A DNA stretch of 64,000 nucleotides, from positions 94,314-158,313 of the forward strand of contig JBOEGF010000009.1 in assembly GCA_050633305.1 (NCBI GenBank), read 5' to 3'. Shown in pieces: positions 55,459 through 64,000 of this stretch; position 1 is the first letter of the stretch, and every line of letters begins with the position of its first letter. The translations under genes and the position numbers were made by a program. The stretch comes from Nannocystales bacterium (GTDB lineage: Bacteria; Myxococcota_A; Polyangia; Nannocystales; Nannocystaceae). Below the pieces are notes generated by a model that saw nothing but the letters and a program-made list of their open reading frames with translations, did no database searches and had not been told where the DNA came from.

Positions 55459-57822
55459 ATGGGCACGGGCAGAGGGTGGGCGGGGCTGGTGGTCACGGCG
55501 CTTCTGGGGGCCTGCAGCGCCGATCCTTCGGCCGCGGCTTGGGACCCGCAGGACACGGACCCCTCACCCACCACCGCCACGTCCTCCGACCCCTCCACCA
55601 GTCCAGGGCCGACGTCCGGTTCAACCACCGGTTCGACCGCCGGTTCGTCCGATCCTGACAGTAGCGACGCGTCGACGGGCGAGCCGCCCGATGACCCCGG
55701 TGATCCCTTCGACCCGGTGCCCGAGCCGGAGCCGTTGGACGACGCAACCGTTGCGGGGCTGAGCGCGACGCTCGCGGGCATCCTCGATGGCGGCGCCCTT
55801 GGCAGCGCGACCGTCGGTGCTTTGGTCGTGGATCTCGAGACCGAGCAGGTGTTGTTCGAGCGCAGCGCCGACACCGTCCTGGTGCCGGCGTCCAACACCA
55901 AGATGTTCACGACAGCGGCGATGCTCGACATCCTGGGGCCGGATACGCGGATCGAGACGGAGGTCTTCGCGGACTCGGAGCCCGATGGCGCCGGCGTCGT
56001 TGCGGGCGACCTCCACTTGATGGGCCGGCATGACGTGTCGTGGTCGACCGACTTTTACGGTGGCGCACGCGAACCGCTGGACCGGATCGCGGACCTGCTC
56101 TACGACGCCGGGGTTCGAACGATCACCGGTGACATCATCGCTCGTGGGGAGTTCATGTTCGGCGGCGCGTCTTTGGGGACCTACAACGCGGCCAGCTATC
56201 GGGCGACGGCGGCGACCCGGTTCCAAGAGGCGCTGGTGGGCGCGGGGATCACCGTGCAAGGCACGACCGCGAGCAGTCCCGACTTCGACCCCCCGGCGGG
56301 ATCCCGCGCACTACTGACGTGGCGTTCTCCTCCGCTGAGCTCCATGGCTGTGCCGATCAACGTACGCAGTCACAACGAGTTTGCCGACATCTGGTTGCGG
56401 CATCTGGGGTGGGCGCTCGAGGGCGAGAGCACGTACACCGCGGGCGGTGCGGCGGTCGTGGACTGGATGCCTTCACTTCCGACCGACAACGCGGGGGCGG
56501 CCTGGAACGATGGCTCGGGACTGAGTCATGGCAACCGCACCTCGGCACGCAACATCGTGGATTTGCTGCGGGCCATGGAGGGGTCCGCCCAAGCCGACCG
56601 TTGGATGCGCTCGATGTCGGTCGCCGGAGTGCGCGGAACCCTGGGAGGACGAATGACCGGGGCGAGTACCGCCGGCCGCTTCTGGGGCAAGACCGGAACC
56701 CTGCCGTCGATCGGGGTGGTCGCGGTCAGTGGACTCCTCTTCCACGGCGATGACGGGCGGCGTTACGCAGTGTCGTTGCTGTTCAACGGCGTCCCCAACG
56801 TGACCTCCGCGCGGGGCGTACAGGACCAGTTCATCACCGCACTTGCGGCGAATCACCACGGGGTGGCTCGGCTGCCTGGACCCGAGCTGATCTCGACCCG
56901 CGCCGCGGCCTCGGACGTGGTCGAGTTGGCGTGGACCTCCGTCGAAGGGGCCGAGGGCTACGCGGTCTGGTTCAGCGACGACGCAGAACATTGGGATCCT
57001 CAGAACGCTCGCCGCGTGGATGGCACGGAGCATCGCGCGGGGGAGCTTCCCTTTGCAGGCGATGTCTTCGTGCGAGTGACCGCATTCACCGAGGATGCCG
57101 GCGTCACCCACTCCAAGTCCTCGGACGTGTACGGCTCCTCGGCGGCGGCTGGGCCCGCCCGGGTCTTGGTGGTCGACGGGCACGAACGCTGGCAGGCCCA
57201 ACGGGTGGTCGAGAACCCACGCGCGGTGGGCCACAACTTCGTGGTGCGGTATGCCGAAGCCTTGGAGCCCACGTTCGACACCGCGTCGGCCCAGGCGGTT
57301 GGAGACGAGCGCGTGGCGCTCTCGGACTATGACGTTGTCTTGTGGATGCTCGGTGAGGAGAGCGACGCGCATCTGAGCTTCGACGACCTCGAGCAGGATG
57401 TCCTCTCGTCCTACGTCGAGGCCGGCGGCGCGGTCATGGTGTCGGGGTCCGAGTTCGCGTACGACCTCGGCGCGTTGGGAACGCCGGAGGACACCGCGTT
57501 TCTCGCCGACGTCCTGCACGTCGCCTACTCCGGCGACGATGCCGCGACATGGTGGCTTCACGATGGGCAGGGAGCGCTGCAAGGTGCGCCGGTGCTTGGC
57601 TTCTCGACCCGGGATGCGATCGTTGTCGACTTTCCCGACCAGCTCAACCCCGTCGGTGGCGGTGCTGCTGCGCTTTCATACTTCGGCGGTGTGGGCGGGA
57701 CCGCGGCAGTGTCTTGGTCGGGGACGGGTTCGACGTTCGCACTCGGTGTGCCCTTCGAGTCGATCGAAGGTGTGGCGGACCGCACCTGGCTCTTGGACCA
57801 GGTGCTCGCCGCGCTGCAGTGA
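55459..57822 (+). CDS. dacB: D-Ala-D-Ala carboxypeptidase/endopeptidase (PBP4, peptidase S13) lipoprotein with FN3-like and extra C-terminal domains
   Basis: PASNTK, SHN, DGSGLS, KTGTL; lipobox LGAC. Confidence 0.88.
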   Translation: MGTGRGWAGLVVTALLGACSADPSAAAWDPQDTDPSPTTATSSDPSTSPGPTSGSTTGSTAGSSDPDSSDASTGEPPDDPGDPFDPVPEPEPLDDATVAGLSATLAGILDGGALGSATVGALVVDLETEQVLFERSADTVLVPASNTKMFTTAAMLDILGPDTRIETEVFADSEPDGAGVVAGDLHLMGRHDVSWSTDFYGGAREPLDRIADLLYDAGVRTITGDIIARGEFMFGGASLGTYNAASYRATAATRFQEALVGAGITVQGTTASSPDFDPPAGSRALLTWRSPPLSSMAVPINVRSHNEFADIWLRHLGWALEGESTYTAGGAAVVDWMPSLPTDNAGAAWNDGSGLSHGNRTSARNIVDLLRAMEGSAQADRWMRSMSVAGVRGTLGGRMTGASTAGRFWGKTGTLPSIGVVAVSGLLFHGDDGRRYAVSLLFNGVPNVTSARGVQDQFITALAANHHGVARLPGPELISTRAAASDVVELAWTSVEGAEGYAVWFSDDAEHWDPQNARRVDGTEHRAGELPFAGDVFVRVTAFTEDAGVTHSKSSDVYGSSAAAGPARVLVVDGHERWQAQRVVENPRAVGHNFVVRYAEALEPTFDTASAQAVGDERVALSDYDVVLWMLGEESDAHLSFDDLEQDVLSSYVEAGGAVMVSGSEFAYDLGALGTPEDTAFLADVLHVAYSGDDAATWWLHDGQGALQGAPVLGFSTRDAIVVDFPDQLNPVGGGAAALSYFGGVGGTAAVSWSGTGSTFALGVPFESIEGVADRTWLLDQVLAALQ

Positions 57823-57860
57823 CATTGCGGTGATCCACCGCGGCTGATATTTCGGCCAGC

Positions 57861-60800
57861 ATGCGCCTGCATCGGGTCTTGCTGGGTCTTTCGCTCGTGG
57901 TCGCCTCGGGTTGTCGGGGGAGCGATACCGCCGTTCCAGACGTCGCACCGACACCGGGCAAGGTGGCAACCGTCGACGCTGCTCCGGTGTTGTCGGTCGA
58001 CGAAATCTTGGCTGGCAGTGACCTGCCCGATCCTCTGGAGCAGCCGATGCCCAGCGATCCGATGGGGGTGAGCATTCACCGGCTGAGTAACGGGCTCACC
58101 GTTTACATCAGCACCGACCGACAACAGCCGCGTTTCACCGCGTGGGTGGGGGTGCGGGCGGGCAGCAGGATGGACCCTGCGGAGTCGACCGGGCTCGCGC
58201 ACTACCTCGAGCACATGCTCTTCAAGGGCACCGATGAGTTCGGCACCCTCGACATGGAGGCGGAGCAGCCCCACATCGATGCGGTCCAGGAGCTGTACCG
58301 GCAACTCCGCGCCACGGATGACCCAGGCCAGCGGACGACGATTCTCGCCAAGATCGATAGCGAGACCCAGGCTCAGGGCAAGTTCGCGATCCCCAACGAG
58401 ATCGATCGCATGTACGCGACGATCGGGCTCGAGGGGGTCAACGCGTACACCAGCGACGAGGAGACGGTCTACATCGGCAGTGTGCCGAGCAACCGACTGG
58501 AGCAGTGGGCGACGATCGAAGCCGAGCGCTATACCGACCCCGTCTACCGACTGTTTTGGCCCGAACTGGAGGCGGTGTATGAGGAGAAAAACCTGGACCT
58601 CGACTCGCCGAACTCCCGGGTGTGGCGCGCGATGCTGTCGGGTCTGTTCCCACAGCACCCCTACGGAACACAGACAACGATCGGAGAGGTCGAGCACCTC
58701 AAGTCGCCGGCCTACGACGACATGGCTGCGTACTTCGAGCAGTGGTACGCCCCCAACAACATGGCGATTGTGCTCGCCGGGGACATCGACGCGAAACAGG
58801 CTGTCCCCGTCCTGGAGCAGGCGTTTGGCCATCTGAAGCCTCGGGCTCTGCCGACGCCGGCGCCGGGAGCACTTCCTGCGGTCGGGGAGCGCAGGATGAC
58901 CGAGGTGCTCGGCGATGGAGAACCCGGGGTTCGCATCGCATGGAAAACTGTCCCTGTGGGGCATGCGGACGAGCCCGCGCTGACCGTGTTGGACCGGGTC
59001 CTCGATGACGCCAGTGTCGGCCTGCTCAATACGCGTCTCGAGCTCACTCAAAAACTCCCCGCGGTCGGCTCTGGCCACAGCACGATGAACGAGGCGGGCT
59101 ACTTCTACACCTGGGCACAGGCTCGCGAAGAGCAGAGCCTCGAGGAGGTCGAGGCGATGATGCGCGAGGTGGTGGACGCAGTCCGAAGCGGCGCCATCAA
59201 GGATGCCGATGTTGCCGCCGCGAAGCTGCATTGGAGCCTGGCTCACAAACAGGGGCTGGAGTCCGCGGGCTCTCGCGCGAGCCGCATGATGGATGCGTTC
59301 ATCACCCACCGCGCTTGGACGGACGCGGTCGGCACGGCGGAGGCGGTGGCCGCCGTGACCCGTGAGGACGTGATGCGGGTCGCCAACAAGTACCTGGCAC
59401 AGGGCACCGTGGTAGTGTTCAAGCGCAAGGGCCAACCCGAGCTCCCCAAACTCGGCAAGCCCGCGATCACCCCGGTCGACATCGACCCGTCACGCAAGAG
59501 CCCGTTTGCGGAGCGGATCGAGGCCATGGAAGCTCCGGACCTCACTCCGGTGTGGGCCGAACAGGGCACCGACTACGAGCGCCGTACGCTCCCCGGCGGA
59601 GAGCTGATCGCGGTGAAGAACCCGCGCAACGACCTGTTTAGCGTGACGATTCAGATGAAGCGGGGCTATCGGAAGGCGCCGCTGCTCTGTTACGCGCTCG
59701 ACCTGTTCGAACTCTCCGGTCGCGGCGAGACCCCTGCAGCGGACCTGCAGAAGGAACTCTACGCCCTGGGCTCGTCGGTGTGGACCTCATGCGATGCGGA
59801 GTACAGCGCGATCAACCTCCGTGGGGTCGAGAGCAATCTGGAGGCGACGCTGGCCCTGGTCACCGCGTGGATCGACGACCCGACGTTTAGCCCCGAGCTC
59901 CAAGCCGCCCACCTCGACAACACGCTCAGCTCTCGCAAGGACCAGCTCGACCAGGACCGATACCTGACCTCTGCGTTGGACGCGTACGCCAAGTACGGGG
60001 AGCGGTCCGCATGGACGCTGCAGCCCTCCAACGCGAAGCTCGCAGCGGCGAAACCTGCGGTGCTTCGAAGCTTGATCCGCACGGTGCTCGACGTTCGTGG
60101 GCGGACGCTCTACTTCGGAACCCGGTCCGTGGACGATGCTGCGGCTGTACTGGGGCGTTCCAAAACCTCGAAGGGCCGCTCCCGTTTCCGAGATCCGGGC
60201 GACGTTTGGGTTCGGGAGTTTCGGGACCTCGAGGCGCCGACCGTGTACTTCCTGGACAAGGAGGTCGCAAAGGCCAGTGTTCGTTTCGCTTTCCCGGCAG
60301 GGGCCCTGGCCCGCGAGGACCGGCCGCTGGCCAAGCTCTACACGCAGGTGCTCAGCGGCAACATGAGTGCCGCGGTGTTCCAAGAGCTTCGGGAGTCCAG
60401 CGGACTGGCGTACTCGGCCTACGCTCGTGTGAGCGAGGGCCGGACTCCGAAGGATGCGTCCGCGCTGTTCGGCTCTCTGAGCACCCAGAACGACAAGACC
60501 CCGGAGGCGGTTGCGCGATTCATGTCGCTCCTACGGTCGCCGCCGTTGTCCGAGGCCCGGGTCGAAGAGGCCCGGGAGGCCCTCGATCTCGAGTACCGAG
60601 CCACGCGGTTGGACCCTCGTTGGCTCGGCTGGACCGTGGTCTCTTGGGATGAGATGGGGGAGGCCGCGGATCCCCGAGCCTGGGAGTGGGGGCAACTGGC
60701 CAAGGCCGACATCGCGACGTTGGAGCGATTCGCCAAGGCGTGGGTCGAGGCCCCGGTGGTGTTTGCGGTGGTCGCCGAGCGCGAAAGGGTGGGAATGGAG

Positions 60801-60899
60801 GCTCTGCGGGCCCTTGGAGAGGTGAAAGAGGTCCGAGCTGAAACGCTTTTCGGGTACGGAGCGTTCCCCACTGACTCCAAGAAATCCGCGGCCCGATGA
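57861..60899 (+). CDS. M16 (insulinase family) zinc metallopeptidase lipoprotein
   Basis: GLAHYLEHMLFKG, NAYTS, HPYG, duplicated second half (LRESSGLAYS); lipobox ASGC. Confidence 0.93.
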   Translation: MRLHRVLLGLSLVVASGCRGSDTAVPDVAPTPGKVATVDAAPVLSVDEILAGSDLPDPLEQPMPSDPMGVSIHRLSNGLTVYISTDRQQPRFTAWVGVRAGSRMDPAESTGLAHYLEHMLFKGTDEFGTLDMEAEQPHIDAVQELYRQLRATDDPGQRTTILAKIDSETQAQGKFAIPNEIDRMYATIGLEGVNAYTSDEETVYIGSVPSNRLEQWATIEAERYTDPVYRLFWPELEAVYEEKNLDLDSPNSRVWRAMLSGLFPQHPYGTQTTIGEVEHLKSPAYDDMAAYFEQWYAPNNMAIVLAGDIDAKQAVPVLEQAFGHLKPRALPTPAPGALPAVGERRMTEVLGDGEPGVRIAWKTVPVGHADEPALTVLDRVLDDASVGLLNTRLELTQKLPAVGSGHSTMNEAGYFYTWAQAREEQSLEEVEAMMREVVDAVRSGAIKDADVAAAKLHWSLAHKQGLESAGSRASRMMDAFITHRAWTDAVGTAEAVAAVTREDVMRVANKYLAQGTVVVFKRKGQPELPKLGKPAITPVDIDPSRKSPFAERIEAMEAPDLTPVWAEQGTDYERRTLPGGELIAVKNPRNDLFSVTIQMKRGYRKAPLLCYALDLFELSGRGETPAADLQKELYALGSSVWTSCDAEYSAINLRGVESNLEATLALVTAWIDDPTFSPELQAAHLDNTLSSRKDQLDQDRYLTSALDAYAKYGERSAWTLQPSNAKLAAAKPAVLRSLIRTVLDVRGRTLYFGTRSVDDAAAVLGRSKTSKGRSRFRDPGDVWVREFRDLEAPTVYFLDKEVAKASVRFAFPAGALAREDRPLAKLYTQVLSGNMSAAVFQELRESSGLAYSAYARVSEGRTPKDASALFGSLSTQNDKTPEAVARFMSLLRSPPLSEARVEEAREALDLEYRATRLDPRWLGWTVVSWDEMGEAADPRAWEWGQLAKADIATLERFAKAWVEAPVVFAVVAERERVGMEALRALGEVKEVRAETLFGYGAFPTDSKKSAAR

Positions 60900-61777
60900 A
60901 AACCTCCCATATCAGTCTCTTCGTTCTGGCCAGCGTCGCGCTGGCTTGTGGTTCCAGCTCGACTCCCGGGTCCCCGGGTTCCGAGGAGAACCCATCCTCG
61001 GGAGCTGGATCGAGCGCTGCGATGGCGACCGGGTCCGGGGACCCGATGCCGCATCCTCAGCCGGGCTCCGGAGCCCCACCAGAGCCTTCTTACGACTTGA
61101 ACGCCGCACTTCCACCGGCCTGCGAGGGGGACCCGGCTGTGGTGACGTTTGAGACGGCCGACGGGGTGGCGCTGGAAGCAGACTTCGTCCCCTCGGGGCA
61201 GGCGAGCGGAAAGGCGGTGGTGTTGCTGCACATGATCCCTCCCAGCAACGACCGCAGGAACTACCCCGCGGGGTTCATCAACGCCCTGGCGTCGGCCGGC
61301 TACTCGGTGCTCAACGTCGACCGCCGGGGTGCAGGGGGGTCCGCTGGGGACGCGACCGCGGCCTACGAAGGGCCGGCGGGCAAAGAAGATGCGCTCGCGG
61401 CTGTGGCTTGGCTGGCTCGTTCTGCGTGCGCGATTCATGCGGATGAGGTGGTGTTGGTCGGTGCCTCCAACGGGACGACCACGGCCCTCGACTACACGGT
61501 GGCCTCGCAGACCCCACCACGCGCTTTGGTGTTCTTGAGTCCGGGTGCGTACACCGAAAACCAGAACGCTGTGGCTGAGCACGCCGAGCTCCTCTCTGGC
61601 TTGTCCGTGTTCATGGGGTACCCCGACAACGAGCGGCGGTGGCCGGAGTCGGTCCGCGCGGTGAGTGGCGAAACATGGGAGTTCCACCAGTACGACGGTG
61701 GATCCCACGGGTCCCGACTGTTCATGTCGAACAAGGAGGTCACAAACGACATCCTCGGGTTCCTCGCGGGCCTTTGA
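60896..61777 (+). CDS. Alpha/beta hydrolase lipoprotein
   Basis: Lipobox ALAC; DRRGAGGS, VGASNG nucleophile, HG; ATGA overlap with the M16 gene. Confidence 0.8.
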   Translation: MKTSHISLFVLASVALACGSSSTPGSPGSEENPSSGAGSSAAMATGSGDPMPHPQPGSGAPPEPSYDLNAALPPACEGDPAVVTFETADGVALEADFVPSGQASGKAVVLLHMIPPSNDRRNYPAGFINALASAGYSVLNVDRRGAGGSAGDATAAYEGPAGKEDALAAVAWLARSACAIHADEVVLVGASNGTTTALDYTVASQTPPRALVFLSPGAYTENQNAVAEHAELLSGLSVFMGYPDNERRWPESVRAVSGETWEFHQYDGGSHGSRLFMSNKEVTNDILGFLAGL

Positions 61778-61801
61778 ACTGGACCTCGGGAGGCTGATGG
61801 C

Positions 61802-63016
61802 CTACTCGGTCAGCGCCTCGCACCCAAGGGTTCGGACACATCCCGCACAGACGCTGAGGTTGCCGCGTTCGTGCGCCTCCTGGTCTGCTCCGTTCCCGTC
61901 CCCTTCGAAGTCTTCGGGGTATTCCGTACCCAGAACGACCTCGCACCGGTCGGACAGCAGCGTGATGCCGTAGCCGGCGCCTTGGACCCCGTTCGGGGGT
62001 TGGTTGAGGAGTCCGTCGTTGAACCAGGGAGCCTGTGTAGGGTCCGTGGTCGCGGAGGGGAGGAGGACTCCCGAGCCGGCGGAAACCGACGCGACACACA
62101 GCGCTCCGGGGTCTACTTCGTTGCCGACCTCCATCCCGTCGGCCTCGTTGCGGAGTGTGTATCGGGCCCAGAGATCCTCCGGCACATCGACCGTGATGTC
62201 GGCCGCCTGACCATCGCCACTGCGGACGATCGTACGGGTCCCGACGGCCTGCGTGGCGAGGCACGGGCACCCGAGTTGCCATCCCGATTGCTCACATGCG
62301 GAGATGTCCTCTGCCGTGCACAGTGGGAATGGGTTGAGGTCCGTGGCGAGAGACACGAACGCCTCCCCCGCGCCCAAGAACACATCGGCCGATCCTGCCA
62401 AGTCTTCGACACACACCGTCGCGCGGTCTTGGTAGTCGGGGTCCGCGTCGTTGTCCTCGGTTCCAAGCCCCAACGCGCCGGCGAACCCCTTGGGGAGCGT
62501 CACCCGGAAGTCCGCGCCGCTGCGAGCGAGCTGGACAAGCCCGTCGTAGTAGACGCGGATCTGACAGCCGTCACGCCATGGGGCTTGACCGCTGGGATCG
62601 ATGCAGGCGTCCGCCGCATCCATCTGGTCGGGCCGGTTCGGACTGCCCGCCGTCTCGTACGCCCAAATGTTGAGCCGGTCGAAGTCTTGCTGCGCGCCCG
62701 TGGCATTCGAGGCCGAGGTGAATCTGCGCATCTCCACCGTGATGCGGTCGGTCGCGGCGTACTGGACGGCGATGTCTCCACGGTTGGCAAAGTTGTCCGC
62801 GTGCTCGAGGCCTCCAATGATCAGGCTCTGCACAACCGCGGGGTCAAACGGCTGGTCGATTTCGAGGGTCCATTCATCCTCTGCCGGCTGGTTTCCGGAG
62901 GCTGGGAACGCGTCCTCGCCGGAATCGGTGCCGCCTCCTCCGCCCCCGCCGGAGGGGTCTTCGCTTGGACAGGCGCACAGAAGGGGTACGCAGAGCAGCA
63001 GGTGGCGCGTCGACAT
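61802..63016 (-). CDS. Hypothetical lipoprotein
   Basis: Lipobox LCAC; Gly tether; acidic Cys-containing body; no family recognised. Confidence 0.7.
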   Translation of the reverse strand: MSTRHLLLCVPLLCACPSEDPSGGGGGGGTDSGEDAFPASGNQPAEDEWTLEIDQPFDPAVVQSLIIGGLEHADNFANRGDIAVQYAATDRITVEMRRFTSASNATGAQQDFDRLNIWAYETAGSPNRPDQMDAADACIDPSGQAPWRDGCQIRVYYDGLVQLARSGADFRVTLPKGFAGALGLGTEDNDADPDYQDRATVCVEDLAGSADVFLGAGEAFVSLATDLNPFPLCTAEDISACEQSGWQLGCPCLATQAVGTRTIVRSGDGQAADITVDVPEDLWARYTLRNEADGMEVGNEVDPGALCVASVSAGSGVLLPSATTDPTQAPWFNDGLLNQPPNGVQGAGYGITLLSDRCEVVLGTEYPEDFEGDGNGADQEAHERGNLSVCAGCVRTLGCEALTE

Positions 63017-63111
63017 GTCCGATCAACGCGCCGCTGTGGGCGCGCTTCCGGGGATGCGGGATGGAATGCCCGCACCCAGGGGTGCTTCGGCCCAGGAACG
63101 CGCAGGACCGC

Positions 63112-63915
63112 TCAGTCGCCGGTCTTGACCGTCTCGAGCATCGAGGCCCATGCGGGGGCCCACACGTCGAGGGTCTTCGCGGGGCCGGTGGCCTTGAAGA
63201 ACAACGGGTCGCCGGAGCCTTCGATGATCGCTGCGAGCATGCGGTGATCGGGCTTGTCGTGCTTTTCGTCCGCGCCGGGCATCATCGCCGCGACGTAGTG
63301 TCCGGTGACGTCCAGCGTATGCATCGTGAGGGCGCCGACGGACTTCTTGTCGACCTTGGAGATGTCCTCGAGGGTCTTGCCCTCGGGTGGGGTGAACTGG
63401 CCCTTCCAACGGGTCATGTTCGCCTCGACACCGCCGGCACCGCCCTTGAAGCGGTACACGACAAGCTCGCCGTCGCCGCCGGGACCGGGCACAACCCATT
63501 GCGCCATCCGCATCATCCCGCTGGGCTGACCCTTCTCCCATTCTTTGGGGACGCTCACGGCGAACTCCGCGAGAGTCTCGGCGACCACGTCACCGCTGGG
63601 GGTGACGTCGCGGGGCGGTCCAGCTTTGGCAGGAGCGGGTGCGCCGGCCTTCATCCCGCCGTGCGGGTTGGCCGAGGGCGCGGCTCCACCGTGCGGGTTG
63701 GCCGAGGGGGCGGCTCCACCATGCGGGTTGCCCGGGGTGCCGCCGCCGTGCGCCATGGGTGCCTTCGCGGCGCCGGGTCCCTTCGCGTCAGGTGCTTTTT
63801 CGGCCGGTGCTTTTGCGCCGGCCGGCGCGGTTCCGGCTGCCGGTGCGGCCTTCTTTTCCCCGTCGCAGGCGGCGAGGGACAGGGCGATACACAGCGGGAG
63901 CAAGGCTTTGTTCAT
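63112..63915 (-). CDS. Lipoprotein with Ala/Pro/His-rich linker and conserved-looking C-domain
   Basis: Lipobox LAAC; MRMAQW..GGVEANMTRWKGQF..FFKATGP. Confidence 0.75.
   Translation of the reverse strand: MNKALLPLCIALSLAACDGEKKAAPAAGTAPAGAKAPAEKAPDAKGPGAAKAPMAHGGGTPGNPHGGAAPSANPHGGAAPSANPHGGMKAGAPAPAKAGPPRDVTPSGDVVAETLAEFAVSVPKEWEKGQPSGMMRMAQWVVPGPGGDGELVVYRFKGGAGGVEANMTRWKGQFTPPEGKTLEDISKVDKKSVGALTMHTLDVTGHYVAAMMPGADEKHDKPDHRMLAAIIEGSGDPLFFKATGPAKTLDVWAPAWASMLETVKTGD
63661..63750 (-). repeat. 30-nt tandem repeat encoding NPHGGAAPSA
   Basis: GTGCGGGTTGGCCGAGGGSGCGGCTCCACC twice plus a degenerate third copy. Confidence 0.9.
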
Positions 63916-64000
63916 GGCGCGCGCACTGTAGCAGCAACACGCCGAACGGGGGCGGCGCCTCGCAGCGCACGGCCCGGGAGCCTCACATACAGAACGCGGG

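Noticed and set aside
57558..59435. 625-aa minus-strand ORF
   Set aside because: Shadow of the M16 peptidase gene.
1..64000. Mobile elements, prophage, defence systems, rRNA/tRNA
   Set aside because: No transposase, integrase, phage, cas or restriction motifs and no tRNA/rRNA-like sequence recognised by eye; a covariance-model search was not possible.

Overview
This is a GC-rich, gene-dense bacterial chromosomal segment of about 50 CDS. MYXO-CTERM sorting signals, an MXAN_2561/2562-like pair and many Ser/Thr/Gly/Asp-tethered Cys-rich lipoproteins suggest Myxococcota, probably Nannocystaceae-like (inference). Recognisable housekeeping and metabolic genes are hemH, htpG, rnr, clpP, a fadA-fadB-patatin lipid catabolism unit with a divergent MarR regulator, MoxR-DUF58-transglutaminase, etfBA, a DsbA-like protein, thrB, pheA, dacB and an M16 peptidase. 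I found no rRNA, tRNA, CRISPR array or mobile element. The main discovery candidate is a signalling cassette present in three diverged copies (1-2236, 18169-21229, 21421-24831). Each has an exported protein with a Cys-pair N-domain, Pro-rich spacer and beta-barrel-like C-domain, then an ECF sigma, then a single-TM anti-sigma-like protein with a TPR-like C-terminus. Copies 2 and 3 also have an adjacent Cys-rich lipoprotein. In copy 2 the sigma and anti-sigma are one in-frame fusion. Copies 2 and 3 each carry a private bipartite promoter-like motif (GATAC-N15-GACACC; GTGACGGAA-N14-GCAA) found both in front of the sigma gene and in front of the neighbouring lipoprotein. This suggests a possible TonB-independent cell-surface signalling system with paralog-specific wiring. 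All product calls come from motif recognition by eye with no database searches, and many start codons were re-picked and are uncertain.
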